DNA of 64,000 nucleotides, from positions 2,848,001 through 2,912,000 of the forward strand of contig OZ219926.1 in assembly GCA_964291405.2 (NCBI GenBank). Reading direction: 5' to 3'. Position 1 is the stretch's first letter. Every line of letters begins with the position of its first letter. Under the pieces are notes generated by a model. It searched no databases and was not told where the DNA came from. It was given only the letters and a program-made list of their open reading frames with translations. Of the stretch, positions 1-9,239 are shown in pieces. Source of the DNA: Thermodesulfobacteriota bacterium. GTDB lineage: Bacteria; Desulfobacterota; Binatia; Bin18. The position numbers and the translations under genes were made by a program.

Positions 1-96
1 AGACGTGATGAGCGCCGCTGTCGCGCCAAGTATGGCGAGCTGTGGGAACGCTACACGCAGCAGGTGCGTTATTCGATGCTGCCGTTTGTTTATTGA
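1..96 (+). CDS. C-terminal end of an ERG4/ERG24/DHCR7-family sterol reductase (gene begins left of the window)
   Basis: Frame 1 reads RRDERRCRAKYGELWERYTQQVRYSMLPFVY*, matching the family C-terminal motif RDExxCxxKYGxxWxxYxxxVxYxxxPxxY; 8 nt upstream of CYP51; not in the ORF track. Confidence 0.85.
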   Translation, partial: RRDERRCRAKYGELWERYTQQVRYSMLPFVY

Positions 97-104
97 AGGC
101 AGGG

Positions 105-1514
105 ATGGCACAACAGTCTCACAATCTGGCAACCCGGCGTTCGGTGCAGCTCTCGCCAGCGGCGGCAAAAGCCGTTCCCGAGCTCGCGGGTGGGTGGCCG
201 TTAATTGGTCATCTGCTGGATTTTCAAAAGGATCCGGTCTCGATGTTGAGCCGCGGTTGGCGCGAGCGGGGCGAACTCGTCCGGTTCCGGCTCGGTCCCC
301 GCGAGTTTGTTCTCTTCACCGGACCCGAAGCCCACGACGTGTACTTCAGCGCGCCCGAGGATCAGCTGAACGCCAAAGCCGTCTATCAGTTCACGGTCCC
401 CATCTTCGGCCGCGGCGTGGCGTACGACGCCGCCCCCGAGCTCATGGACGAGCAACTCGGATTCCTGTTTCCGGCGCTTCGCGAAGCCGCGATGCGCCGG
501 TTTGCCCGCGTCATGTTCGAGGAGACCAGCCAGTTCGCCGACACGCTCGGCGAGGACGGGGAAGTCGATCTGCCGCTCGCGCTGAACGAGCTGACCGTCA
601 AGATCGCCAGTCGTTGCCTCATTGGAGAGGAAGTTCGGGAGCAGGTGGACGCGGGTTTTGCCGAGGCGTATCACGATCTGCAAAAAGGCATCAACACCCT
701 GGGATTTTTTCTCCCCAGACTTCCCACCCCAGCGCATCGAAGCCGCGACCGGGCCCGGCGACAAGTGGCCGCGCTCTTTAGCCGGATCATGACGGCCCGC
801 CGGCTTTCCGGGGCCCGGCCCGACGATTTCATGCAGACACTCATGCACGCCCGTTACAGGGATGGCCGCGTCTTGGACGACGACGAGATTACCGGAATCC
901 TGTTGACGGTGTTGTTCGCGGGCCAGCACACCAGCGCGGTGCTCGCAACCTGGACCGGTCTGGAGCTCCTGAGGACGCCATCATACCTGACGCGGGTAAG
1001 AGACGAGATACAAGACGTCTACCGCGAGGCAGGAGCCATGAGCCTGGCGAGTCTCAAACGACAAGAGGCGCTGGAACACGCCGTACGTGAGTGCGAGCGG
1101 CTGCACCCGCCATTGATAATGCTGATCCGCAAGGTCCTCAAACCCGTGCGTTACCGAGACTATATCGTGCCGGCCGACACCCTGGCCATGGTGTCGCCGG
1201 CGGTCTCTCACCGGTTGCCCCACGTGTTTGCCAACCCGGAGCGGTTTGCTCCGGACCGCTTTGCTGCCCCCGCTTGCGAGGACAAACAACACCAGTACGC
1301 CTTGATCGGTTTTGGCGGCGGCAAACACCGCTGCATGGGGAAACATTTTGCGTACCTGCAGCTGAAAGCGATCTGGACCGTGCTGCTCGATCGCTTCGAT
1401 TTTCATCTCGACACCGCGTTTCCCGCCCCGAATTACGGGAGCTGGGTGACGGGCCCCGAGACACCCTGCCGGCTCCGCTACCGCCGCCGCTCGCAAGGGA
1501 GCCTTGTCCGATGA
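105..1514 (+). CDS. cyp51: Sterol 14-alpha-demethylase (CYP51)
   Basis: CYP51 signatures YQFTVPIFGRGVAYD and I-helix AGQHTS; ExxR; heme motif FGGGKHRCMG; ATG at 105 preferred over 42. Confidence 0.9.
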   Translation: MAQQSHNLATRRSVQLSPAAAKAVPELAGGWPLIGHLLDFQKDPVSMLSRGWRERGELVRFRLGPREFVLFTGPEAHDVYFSAPEDQLNAKAVYQFTVPIFGRGVAYDAAPELMDEQLGFLFPALREAAMRRFARVMFEETSQFADTLGEDGEVDLPLALNELTVKIASRCLIGEEVREQVDAGFAEAYHDLQKGINTLGFFLPRLPTPAHRSRDRARRQVAALFSRIMTARRLSGARPDDFMQTLMHARYRDGRVLDDDEITGILLTVLFAGQHTSAVLATWTGLELLRTPSYLTRVRDEIQDVYREAGAMSLASLKRQEALEHAVRECERLHPPLIMLIRKVLKPVRYRDYIVPADTLAMVSPAVSHRLPHVFANPERFAPDRFAAPACEDKQHQYALIGFGGGKHRCMGKHFAYLQLKAIWTVLLDRFDFHLDTAFPAPNYGSWVTGPETPCRLRYRRRSQGSLVR

Positions 1515-4500
1515 GCGGCACCACGCTTCGGCCCTACGACGTCGCCATCGTCGGTGCGGGTCCGGTCGGTAGCGTGTGCGCGCTCGCTCACGCGCGCAAA
1601 GGTGCCCGGGTGGCTCTGCTCGAAGCAAATCCCAAAGCGTCCAGACGACTGGCGGGCGAATGGCTGCATCCGCCTGCTGTACAGATGTTACGTGATGTTG
1701 GAGTAGAGCTCGATACGCAGCCCCGCAGCGCCGCGGGTAAAGGATTTGTGGTGTTCCCGGAAGACGGCTCAGAGCCGATAGTGCTGCCTTATCCGGACGG
1801 AGTCCAGGGTTTGGTATGCGAGCATGCAGCACTCGTCTCGCGGCTGCGTGAAGCTATCGAAAACGAATCGGGTGTCGACTGTATGCTCCACGCGCGGGTC
1901 CGTGCGGTCGAAGACGGGCGGGTCACTTTTGCCCGGAACGGCGCCGATGAATCCGTGACCGCGGCACGGATTGTCGGTGCCGACGGCCGGGCCTCAATCG
2001 TGCGTCAGTCGCTGGGTTTATCGACACGCCCGATGACCTGCTCGCGGATGGTAGGGGTCATACTAAGGGGGGTGAGTTTACCGCTAGAGGGGTATGGGCA
2101 TGTGCTGTGTGGTGGACCGGGTCCAGTGCTCATATACCGTCTGGGAGAGCATTACGTCCGGGTCATCGTCGATGTCCCAATGGCCGGCTGGACCCCCGGG
2201 GACCGGATTGGCTTCCTGTCGGATGCGTATGCCGGTGTGTTGCCGGAAACAATGAGACCTGCGTTTATCGAAGCGCTGCGGGGGGGACAATTCAGCGTCG
2301 CGGTCAATAATTTGAGCCTGCGCGTCACATACGGGAGTCCACATCGAGTGCTTATTGGCGATGCGGCCGGGCACTACCATCCCCTGACGGCGGTGGGAAT
2401 GACCCTCGGTTTCGGCGATGCGCTTACGCTGGCCGAGGGCGAGAACTTTCACGACTTCACCGCTAAGCGTTTGCAGGCGACCCGCGCTCCGGAGTTCCTC
2501 GCCATGGGGTTCTACGAGGTCTTTGCCGATCATCGGGCCGAGGTGGTGGCGATCAGACACGCGGTCTACCGGCGTTGGCGGGCAAAATCCACGGTTCGCG
2601 ACCGGACCATGCGTTTACTCGCCTGTGAAGACACCTCGGCGGCCCATCTGGGTCGCGAGTTTGGCGTGACGATGGCCCGGGCGGTTGCCGGGGAGATGCC
2701 GCGATCCTCCGACCAGCTCGCTTGGCGCCGAGCCCGCGACATCGTTTATGCGACCGCTGTGCGCCTCTGGTGGCTCCTGCGTGGCCTTCGGCAGTTACAC
2801 AAGGCGAGAAGCGCGGGCGGAGAAAAAGACGGGCGATTTCGGGACACCTTGGCCCTCGCGTTTCCGGTCTCTATGCCATCGAGAGTGAGTGACCCCCAGC
2901 CCAGCCGCCCGAGGGAGGTTGCGTCACCCGAGGCCGGTCCGGCCTTGCGGCGGGCGAGCGCGCGCTTGTTACATCTCCAGGATGAGGAGGGCGGCTGGGA
3001 AGGTGAGATGGTTTGGTGTCCCATGCTGACCGCGCAATATGTGCTGTTGCACCACATTCTGGAGCGGCCGCTCGAGCCCGGCCGGCGTCGGCGTGTGCTG
3101 CGCTCCTTCGAACGGACCCGTCTCGAAGGGGGCTTATGGGGTTTACACGAGCACGCACCACCCTCCCTGTTTGTCACCACCCTGGTGTACGTCGCGACGA
3201 GATTACTCGGTATCGAGCGGGATGATCCGTTCATCGAGCCGGCCCGGCGATTCCTGCAAGCAGAGGGGGTTCTCGGTATCCCGAGCTGGGGAAAGTTCTG
3301 GCTGGCGCTCCTCAACCTCTACGACTGGCGCGGGGTAAACGCCATCCTACCGGAGCTGTGGAGCTTACCGCGCTGGATCGCGTTACATCCCTCGAACTGG
3401 TACTGCCATACTCGGCTCATCTACATGGCGATGGCGGCGATTTATCCGCATCGGTTCCAGGCCCCCGTCCCGCCCTCGATCGCGTCGCTGCGAGAGGAGC
3501 TATTCCCCCAGGGCTTTGCCAACGTCGATTTTTCCGCCGGCCGCAATCGCTTGCGAGATGCCGACCTCTACGCGCGACCCAGTGTGTGGCTCCGAGCCGG
3601 ATATGAGTGTGCGCGGTTAGTCGAACGGTTCCACGCCAAACGTCTGCGCACCCGATGTATGGAAGCGATCATCCGGCACATCAAATGGGAGTTGCAAACC
3701 ACCAACCATACGAGCATCTCTCCGGTCAGCGGTCTTCTCAACATCCTGGCCTTGTGGCTGCGCGATCCTCACGACACCGATGCCGCCCAGGCGCTCGCGA
3801 AGCTGGATGACTGGATCTGGGAAGACGAGGAGGGTGGAGCGCGCGTTACCGGAGCGAGAAGTACCTCGTGGGATACCGGATTCTCTCTGCAAGCGCTGGC
3901 GACAGTGCCCGAGCTTGACGGGGTTCAAAGCGCCCTCCAACGCGGCGCCGACTTCCTGCGCCGGCAACAAATCGGCACCAGTTTCGCAGGATTCCGCGAG
4001 GCATATCGGATCGACCCCAAAGGCGGCTGGTGTTTTGCCGGGGGATGGCATGGCTGGCCGGTGACGGACTGTACCGCGGAAGCGGTGCTCGGGCTTATCG
4101 CCGCCGACCGCGAGGCCACGAGCCCGGCAGCGCTCGGCGAAGCGATTCGGTTCATGTTGCGTGGTCAGAACCGCGATGGCGGTTTTGGCAGCTATGAGGC
4201 ACAGCGCTCCGTGGTTGGCCTCGAGTGGCTGAATCCGGCCGAGATGTTTGGCGACTCGATGACCGAGCATTCCTATGTCGAGTGCACCGCGTCCTGCCTC
4301 GCGGCGCTCGCCGCCTGTCAGGAGCACTTCCCGCAAATCACGAATGGGGCGGTGAGGCGCGCCATCGCACGGGCTGACACTTGGCTGCGCCGGACCCAGG
4401 CGAGCGATGGGTCGTGGCGCGGCGTGTGGGGCGTGCAGTTCATCTATGGCACTTTCTTCGGGGTCAGGGGGCTGCTTGCTGCCGGGGCTCGTCCCGGCGA

Positions 4501-4912
4501 CCCGGCGCTACGTCTGGCCTGCCGGTGGCTGCTGGACCGCCAGCATGAAGACGGGGGATGGGGTGAGCATCACAGCGGTTGCCTGACCGGCCGCTATGTC
4601 GCACATGAGGAAAGTCAGGTCATCCAAACCGCGTGGGCAATGATCGCGCTCCTCGAGGCAGACGATGCGGACTGGACCGCGATTGCGCGGGGTGCCCGGT
4701 TCTTGCTCAGCACCCAGGAGGCGGATGGGACATGGCCCAAGCAAGACATGGCCGGGGTCTTTTTTCGTACGGCGCTACTGGACTATGTCCTATATCGACA
4801 GTATTTTCCCCTGCACGCGCTCAGTCTCTACGAGCAGCGACGCCAAGCCCGGCTGGATCCGACGTCCCCCGTTCCACTTACCGCCGACGCGACTGGCTGG
4901 AGATGTTCTTAA
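1511..4912 (+). CDS. Squalene epoxidase - oxidosqualene cyclase fusion protein
   Basis: N-terminal GAGPVG FAD motif, RLAGEWLHP and GDAAGHYHPLTAVGMT (epoxidase-like); C-terminal QW repeats and catalytic DCTAE; ATG at 1511 overlaps the CYP51 stop (ATGA). Confidence 0.9.
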   Translation: MSGTTLRPYDVAIVGAGPVGSVCALAHARKGARVALLEANPKASRRLAGEWLHPPAVQMLRDVGVELDTQPRSAAGKGFVVFPEDGSEPIVLPYPDGVQGLVCEHAALVSRLREAIENESGVDCMLHARVRAVEDGRVTFARNGADESVTAARIVGADGRASIVRQSLGLSTRPMTCSRMVGVILRGVSLPLEGYGHVLCGGPGPVLIYRLGEHYVRVIVDVPMAGWTPGDRIGFLSDAYAGVLPETMRPAFIEALRGGQFSVAVNNLSLRVTYGSPHRVLIGDAAGHYHPLTAVGMTLGFGDALTLAEGENFHDFTAKRLQATRAPEFLAMGFYEVFADHRAEVVAIRHAVYRRWRAKSTVRDRTMRLLACEDTSAAHLGREFGVTMARAVAGEMPRSSDQLAWRRARDIVYATAVRLWWLLRGLRQLHKARSAGGEKDGRFRDTLALAFPVSMPSRVSDPQPSRPREVASPEAGPALRRASARLLHLQDEEGGWEGEMVWCPMLTAQYVLLHHILERPLEPGRRRRVLRSFERTRLEGGLWGLHEHAPPSLFVTTLVYVATRLLGIERDDPFIEPARRFLQAEGVLGIPSWGKFWLALLNLYDWRGVNAILPELWSLPRWIALHPSNWYCHTRLIYMAMAAIYPHRFQAPVPPSIASLREELFPQGFANVDFSAGRNRLRDADLYARPSVWLRAGYECARLVERFHAKRLRTRCMEAIIRHIKWELQTTNHTSISPVSGLLNILALWLRDPHDTDAAQALAKLDDWIWEDEEGGARVTGARSTSWDTGFSLQALATVPELDGVQSALQRGADFLRRQQIGTSFAGFREAYRIDPKGGWCFAGGWHGWPVTDCTAEAVLGLIAADREATSPAALGEAIRFMLRGQNRDGGFGSYEAQRSVVGLEWLNPAEMFGDSMTEHSYVECTASCLAALAACQEHFPQITNGAVRRAIARADTWLRRTQASDGSWRGVWGVQFIYGTFFGVRGLLAAGARPGDPALRLACRWLLDRQHEDGGWGEHHSGCLTGRYVAHEESQVIQTAWAMIALLEADDADWTAIARGARFLLSTQEADGTWPKQDMAGVFFRTALLDYVLYRQYFPLHALSLYEQRRQARLDPTSPVPLTADATGWRCS

Positions 4913-5643
4913 TGGAATTTGAATCCGATGCGGCGCACGACAGCACAGGAGGCAAATTGGAATCGACCATGCGGGTAGCGGTATTGACTGGATTGGTGAT
5001 TGCCGTAACCACGGCAGCCTCTATCGGCTTCGGCTATGCCGTGCACGGCAATCTGAACGCTTACTACGGCCTGCTGAGCCTGTTTTTCTGCATCAACCTG
5101 CCGATCTGCTACTGGGAGATCTGCCTGTTCCTGCGACGCGACGCCGTCGAGCGACGTGCGGACTACTGGCGCGCCAGACGAAGAAAGACTGGTCGAACGC
5201 CGGCCGTTGAGTTTCTGTTGAGTGAGATTCCGCTGAGCAAGGCATTGTCCCCGATCGTCTGGGCGGACGTGTGGGCCACCTATAGCATGTACGACGGATC
5301 CTATGCCGACCGACGCACGTTCGGCTTCAACGCAGATATCGCCAACGGCTTTTTCACGCCAATCCCGGCCCTGGTTCTGCACGCGACCTTTGCGGTCGGT
5401 TTTTTGCCTGCCCTACTGGCGGGCATCCTGGGTGTGATGCTGTTTTGGCAGTGGACCTACGTCACGTCGGTTTACTTGGTGAGCTTTTTCGTAGCCAGGC
5501 GGCATAAGCAAATCGCGCGGGGCGATCTGTGGCTCTACATCTGGAGTACGAACTCGCCGTGGGTGCTCTTCGCGCTTCTGGGGCTCTATGTTTCCGTTCG
5601 ACTGATTGTCGATGGCGATTACGAGGTTCTGGGCCACCGGTAA
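4912..5643 (+). CDS. EXPERA/EBP-like membrane protein, putative sterol delta8-delta7 isomerase
   Basis: Multi-TM protein with WATYSMYDGSY (WxxYxxxDxxY) and NSPW motifs; TAATG coupling to the cyclase stop. Confidence 0.6.
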   Translation: MEFESDAAHDSTGGKLESTMRVAVLTGLVIAVTTAASIGFGYAVHGNLNAYYGLLSLFFCINLPICYWEICLFLRRDAVERRADYWRARRRKTGRTPAVEFLLSEIPLSKALSPIVWADVWATYSMYDGSYADRRTFGFNADIANGFFTPIPALVLHATFAVGFLPALLAGILGVMLFWQWTYVTSVYLVSFFVARRHKQIARGDLWLYIWSTNSPWVLFALLGLYVSVRLIVDGDYEVLGHR

Positions 5644-5782
5644 CGTCCCGTTAGGCCACGCTCATTGCCTTCCTGCTCCCGACCCCGCGCGTGCGGCCCG
5701 AAAAAGCCGCAGTCCTCGGCGGATGCTTACGATGGGAATGGGCGACCTCGTGGAGGAACTCGGGGTCGAAAACCTACTTCGT

Positions 5783-6814
5783 TCAGTCTCCCGAGCGCCG
5801 GGGTTTACGGGCCAGGAAGAAATACATCGGTGTAAAAATACCGGACTCGCCACCGTCGACCAAGGCGTCCGCCGCCCTGTTTAACAGCGTGCTGACCGAG
5901 GCGGCGCCCTCCGGAAACACCCGCAACTTCTCGCCAACCCTCAACACCAGATTGGTCAAGGCGCGGCCAACGGGTGTGCGCGGAATACTCTTGAGACTGA
6001 GGTCGCGACCCTGCAAGGCGCGGTACCAGGGCGTTTCCGGATGCGATTCGGGGGCAAGGTCGTGGGATTCCAGGAGTTCGAATCCGGCCCCGCGCAATGC
6101 GGTGCATATCTCCGACGAGAAGGCGATATCCGGTAGTGCATCCCCCGCCATGATATCTTCCTTGATCCGCAGGTGCTCTGCGTTCCTCGGATCGAATTTC
6201 TCCGTGAGACACCAGTCGTAGCCCGCGAAACAAGCCCCCGGACGCAGGACGCGGAAGATCTCCCGGAACGCGGCAGTCTTGTCCGGTGCGTGGGGCATGG
6301 ACTCGATGGCAATGGCGGCATCGTAGTGGTCGTCACCTTCGGGAACGTGCATGTAGTCGCCGTGGATGAAACGGCACAACGACTGGACATCTCGGGTGTG
6401 CACTTTCGCGCGCTCGATCTGATAGGCGTTAGTGTTGATCCCGACGAAGCTGGCCCCGGAATAGCGGGCCAGATTGCCCATGGGCCCGCCTACCCCGCAC
6501 CCCGCATCGAGCACTTGCATCTCCGGTCCCAGGGACAGCCGATCGGCGAGAAAACGCTGGTGCCTGAGCAGCGACGCCTTGAAGCTCTCGCTCCGGCGCC
6601 GGGGAGCAAAGTGCCAGGACTGACCCCAGCCGAACTCGTAGAAATCGGTCACCAAGTCGTAGTAGTGATTGACGAGCAACTGATACCGCTCTTTTCTCCG
6701 CTCCGAGCCAGCATCGTGGAGCCCGGTGTATTGATCGACCACGGATTTCACTTCATCCGGGGCGAGATTCGCGAGGGAACGAGAGCTCGATCGTTTGGCG
6801 GGCGTACGGGTCAT
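5783..6814 (-). CDS. Sterol 24-C-methyltransferase (SMT/Erg6-like)
   Basis: YYDLVTDFYEFGWGQSWHFA (region I), LDAGCGVGGP (SAM binding), IESMPHAP (region III), YDW, C-terminal GIFTPMYFFLARKP. Confidence 0.9.
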   Translation of the reverse strand: MTRTPAKRSSSRSLANLAPDEVKSVVDQYTGLHDAGSERRKERYQLLVNHYYDLVTDFYEFGWGQSWHFAPRRRSESFKASLLRHQRFLADRLSLGPEMQVLDAGCGVGGPMGNLARYSGASFVGINTNAYQIERAKVHTRDVQSLCRFIHGDYMHVPEGDDHYDAAIAIESMPHAPDKTAAFREIFRVLRPGACFAGYDWCLTEKFDPRNAEHLRIKEDIMAGDALPDIAFSSEICTALRGAGFELLESHDLAPESHPETPWYRALQGRDLSLKSIPRTPVGRALTNLVLRVGEKLRVFPEGAASVSTLLNRAADALVDGGESGIFTPMYFFLARKPRRSGD

Positions 6815-6818
6815 TCGA

Positions 6819-7907
6819 TCATTCTCCGCTCTCCGTCCCGCGCGTCAAATACTCCCGCCACTTCCGCACCGTCACTTTTTGAAAAGCCCGGACCACCGGA
6901 TTGAGCTCGATAGGAGGGGCGTCCCAATGTCTCTCGTACCCCTGCTGCTCCGCTTCGACCGCAAATCGATCCTGGGCGAGTAAAGGGCCGATGAGCAGAC
7001 GGTTCGCGATCTTCAAAACCGTGGTCATGGCGAAACGGGGAATACGTACCGGCAGCAAAGGTATCTTCAGCGACTTGAAGTAGAACAGGAAGAACGTCCG
7101 GGTGGTCCGCTCATCGATTGGCAGCACAAAAAGCCAGTGTTTTATCTCGTCATCGGTGTTCGACCACTGATAGGGGTATTGAAAGCACAGCTCTATGTGA
7201 TTGGTGTCGAGCCGGTTGTGATCGACAAACAGCCCGGAGATACGCCCGCGTCCGACCCGCGTATCGTAGGCGAGGTGCACGTTGTCACCGACAGTCTCGC
7301 AACGGGTGAGGGTGGCGCCTTCGAAGGGACGGTATCGACGGTGCAGATGGGCGTGGGAGAAGTCGCTCACGTTGTCGATCACCATCGAGTGGTGGGCCGA
7401 CCAGGTGAAGCTGAGCGGGACACAGGCCCACCGCGCGGGTCCTTCGAGCTCGGGGATGTCCGGGATCTGGCGCCGCTGTGCCTGCTCCGGTTTCCCAGGG
7501 AACAACCAGATCAGACCGTAACGGACCGTCACGGGATAGGTCCTCAGCGAGACCTTCGGGAGACCTCGTCCGAAGCGGTCGTGGGGGATCTCGGCAAGGC
7601 GCCCGTTTTCATCATACTGCCAGCCATGGTAGGCGCACACGAGCCGGCAGCCTTGCACCTCGCCCAGGGAGAGTTTGAGCTGGCGATGCGCACAGCGATT
7701 CTCGACCGCGTGAAACGAGCCATCTATCCCGCGAAATAACGCAATGGAACGTTTCCAGAAAATGATCTCGACCACTGTGCCCGGTTTGACTCGGTGCGCT
7801 TCTTCAACCGCGTACCAGTAATCCGGGTCCAGACCCGCGGCGCGCGCTTGCTGACGCAAGCTGCCGGCCTCCTCGAAGCCGGAGGGCGCACTCGGTGCCG
7901 GGCTCAT
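6819..7907 (-). CDS. Rieske non-heme iron oxygenase, SdmA-like (candidate sterol C-4 methyl oxidase)
   Basis: CAHR...CAYHG Rieske motif, DNVSDFSHAHLH iron site; coupled to an SDR gene inside the sterol cluster. Confidence 0.7.
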   Translation of the reverse strand: MSPAPSAPSGFEEAGSLRQQARAAGLDPDYWYAVEEAHRVKPGTVVEIIFWKRSIALFRGIDGSFHAVENRCAHRQLKLSLGEVQGCRLVCAYHGWQYDENGRLAEIPHDRFGRGLPKVSLRTYPVTVRYGLIWLFPGKPEQAQRRQIPDIPELEGPARWACVPLSFTWSAHHSMVIDNVSDFSHAHLHRRYRPFEGATLTRCETVGDNVHLAYDTRVGRGRISGLFVDHNRLDTNHIELCFQYPYQWSNTDDEIKHWLFVLPIDERTTRTFFLFYFKSLKIPLLPVRIPRFAMTTVLKIANRLLIGPLLAQDRFAVEAEQQGYERHWDAPPIELNPVVRAFQKVTVRKWREYLTRGTESGE

Positions 7908-9049
7908 TTCGGACCCCCAACGGAAGGCATCTGTATGCCTTGGCTCGGTATGAGGTTTTCCACTTGTTCCGTGGCGTTCACGCGCGGGCGTTTCGCGAGC
8001 GGATTCGTGATCGCGTTGCGGTGGTAGTGAAAGGCGTAGGCCTCATGAACCGCAGCCTGGATACTGGTTGGCTGATAGCCGAGCTCCCGTCTCGCTTTGC
8101 CGGTGTCGGCGTGACGGCGCTTTTGTAACAGGCGGATGGCGCCAGGGGTAAAACGCTGGGGAAAGCTCGGATGAAACCGGCTCAGATAAAAGCTCGCCGC
8201 TTCCGAAAAGACGAGCATCAGGCGGGTCGGGATTCGCCGGTGCGGTCGCGGCACGCCTGAGACCTCCTCGAACAGATCCAAGATGTCCGAGATGGTCTTG
8301 TACTCGCTGCTAAAGATGTACTTTTCGCCCGAGCGTCCTCGGTGCATGCACAACAGATGTCCTTCGACAATGTCCCGTGCCGCGACAAACTCGAAACCGC
8401 CATCAACGTACGCATAGAGCTTGCCGTTCGTGTAATCGCATAAGGTCCTGCCCAACCGCGAGGGGAAAAAATCGCTGCCCCCGACCACCGCACAACACGT
8501 TGCGACCACAACATCTTGTCCCGCCGCCGCGGCGCGCCAGCACTCGTGCTCGACGAGTGCCTTGCTACGCTCGTAGGGCATCGTGCGTTCCATGGGATAG
8601 AACTGCATCGTCTCGTCGCTGGGCGCGGACGGATCATCCAAATCATAACCGACCGCACTGAAAGAGCCCGTCACCACCACCCGGCCGGCCCCCGCCTCCC
8701 GCGCCGCTTGCAGCACGTTGCGGGTACCGAGAACGTTGCACTCGAATACTTCCCGGCGATGAGCGCGGTTGCCTTCGATGGTTGAAACCTTGGCCGCGCA
8801 GTGATAGACGCCTTGACAGCCCGTGAGCGCATGCCTGGCGGCATTCAAATCTCGGATGTCACCAAACGCGCGTTCAACCTCGAGGCCTTCCAGTGCTTCG
8901 TTGTTGTCCTCGTGTCTCAGCAACACCCGGACTCGAACGCCGTCGTCGAGCAGTCGGCGCACGAGATTGGCGCCCACATGCCCGGCCGCGCCGGTGACGA
9001 GAACGGGTGGCGTCGATGAGCCAGCAGATGTGCTTGATCGTGAGGTCAT
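7904..9049 (-). CDS. NAD-dependent epimerase/3beta-HSD-like SDR, SdmB-like (candidate C-4 decarboxylase/reductase)
   Basis: TGAAGHVG Rossmann motif, YERSK catalytic motif; 4-nt overlap with the Rieske gene; start could be 9049 or 9100. Confidence 0.7.
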   Translation of the reverse strand: MTSRSSTSAGSSTPPVLVTGAAGHVGANLVRRLLDDGVRVRVLLRHEDNNEALEGLEVERAFGDIRDLNAARHALTGCQGVYHCAAKVSTIEGNRAHRREVFECNVLGTRNVLQAAREAGAGRVVVTGSFSAVGYDLDDPSAPSDETMQFYPMERTMPYERSKALVEHECWRAAAAGQDVVVATCCAVVGGSDFFPSRLGRTLCDYTNGKLYAYVDGGFEFVAARDIVEGHLLCMHRGRSGEKYIFSSEYKTISDILDLFEEVSGVPRPHRRIPTRLMLVFSEAASFYLSRFHPSFPQRFTPGAIRLLQKRRHADTGKARRELGYQPTSIQAAVHEAYAFHYHRNAITNPLAKRPRVNATEQVENLIPSQGIQMPSVGGPK

Positions 9050-9239
9050 CTCGTCTAGTGTACTGCTTCCAAAGATACCGCCTCCTTGAGGCCGGGTCAA
9101 TACGTGGGTAAACGGGGTAGTAGGTCAAGTTTGCGATGTAAGTTATTGTTTCTACTGGCTAAAAAATTTCAAAGCATGTAGCCAACGGGCGAGGAACGCG
9201 CTATCTTTCTCCCATGCGATACGACTGGAGAAAAGAATA

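Noticed and set aside
1091-1510. 140-aa N-terminal extension of the epoxidase-cyclase ORF
   Set aside because: It overlaps CYP51 in another frame; the real start is the ATG at 1511, just before the FAD motif
2930-4912. Squalene-hopene cyclase / hopanoid cluster
   Set aside because: The catalytic motif is DCTAE rather than DXDD, and the neighbours are sterol enzymes
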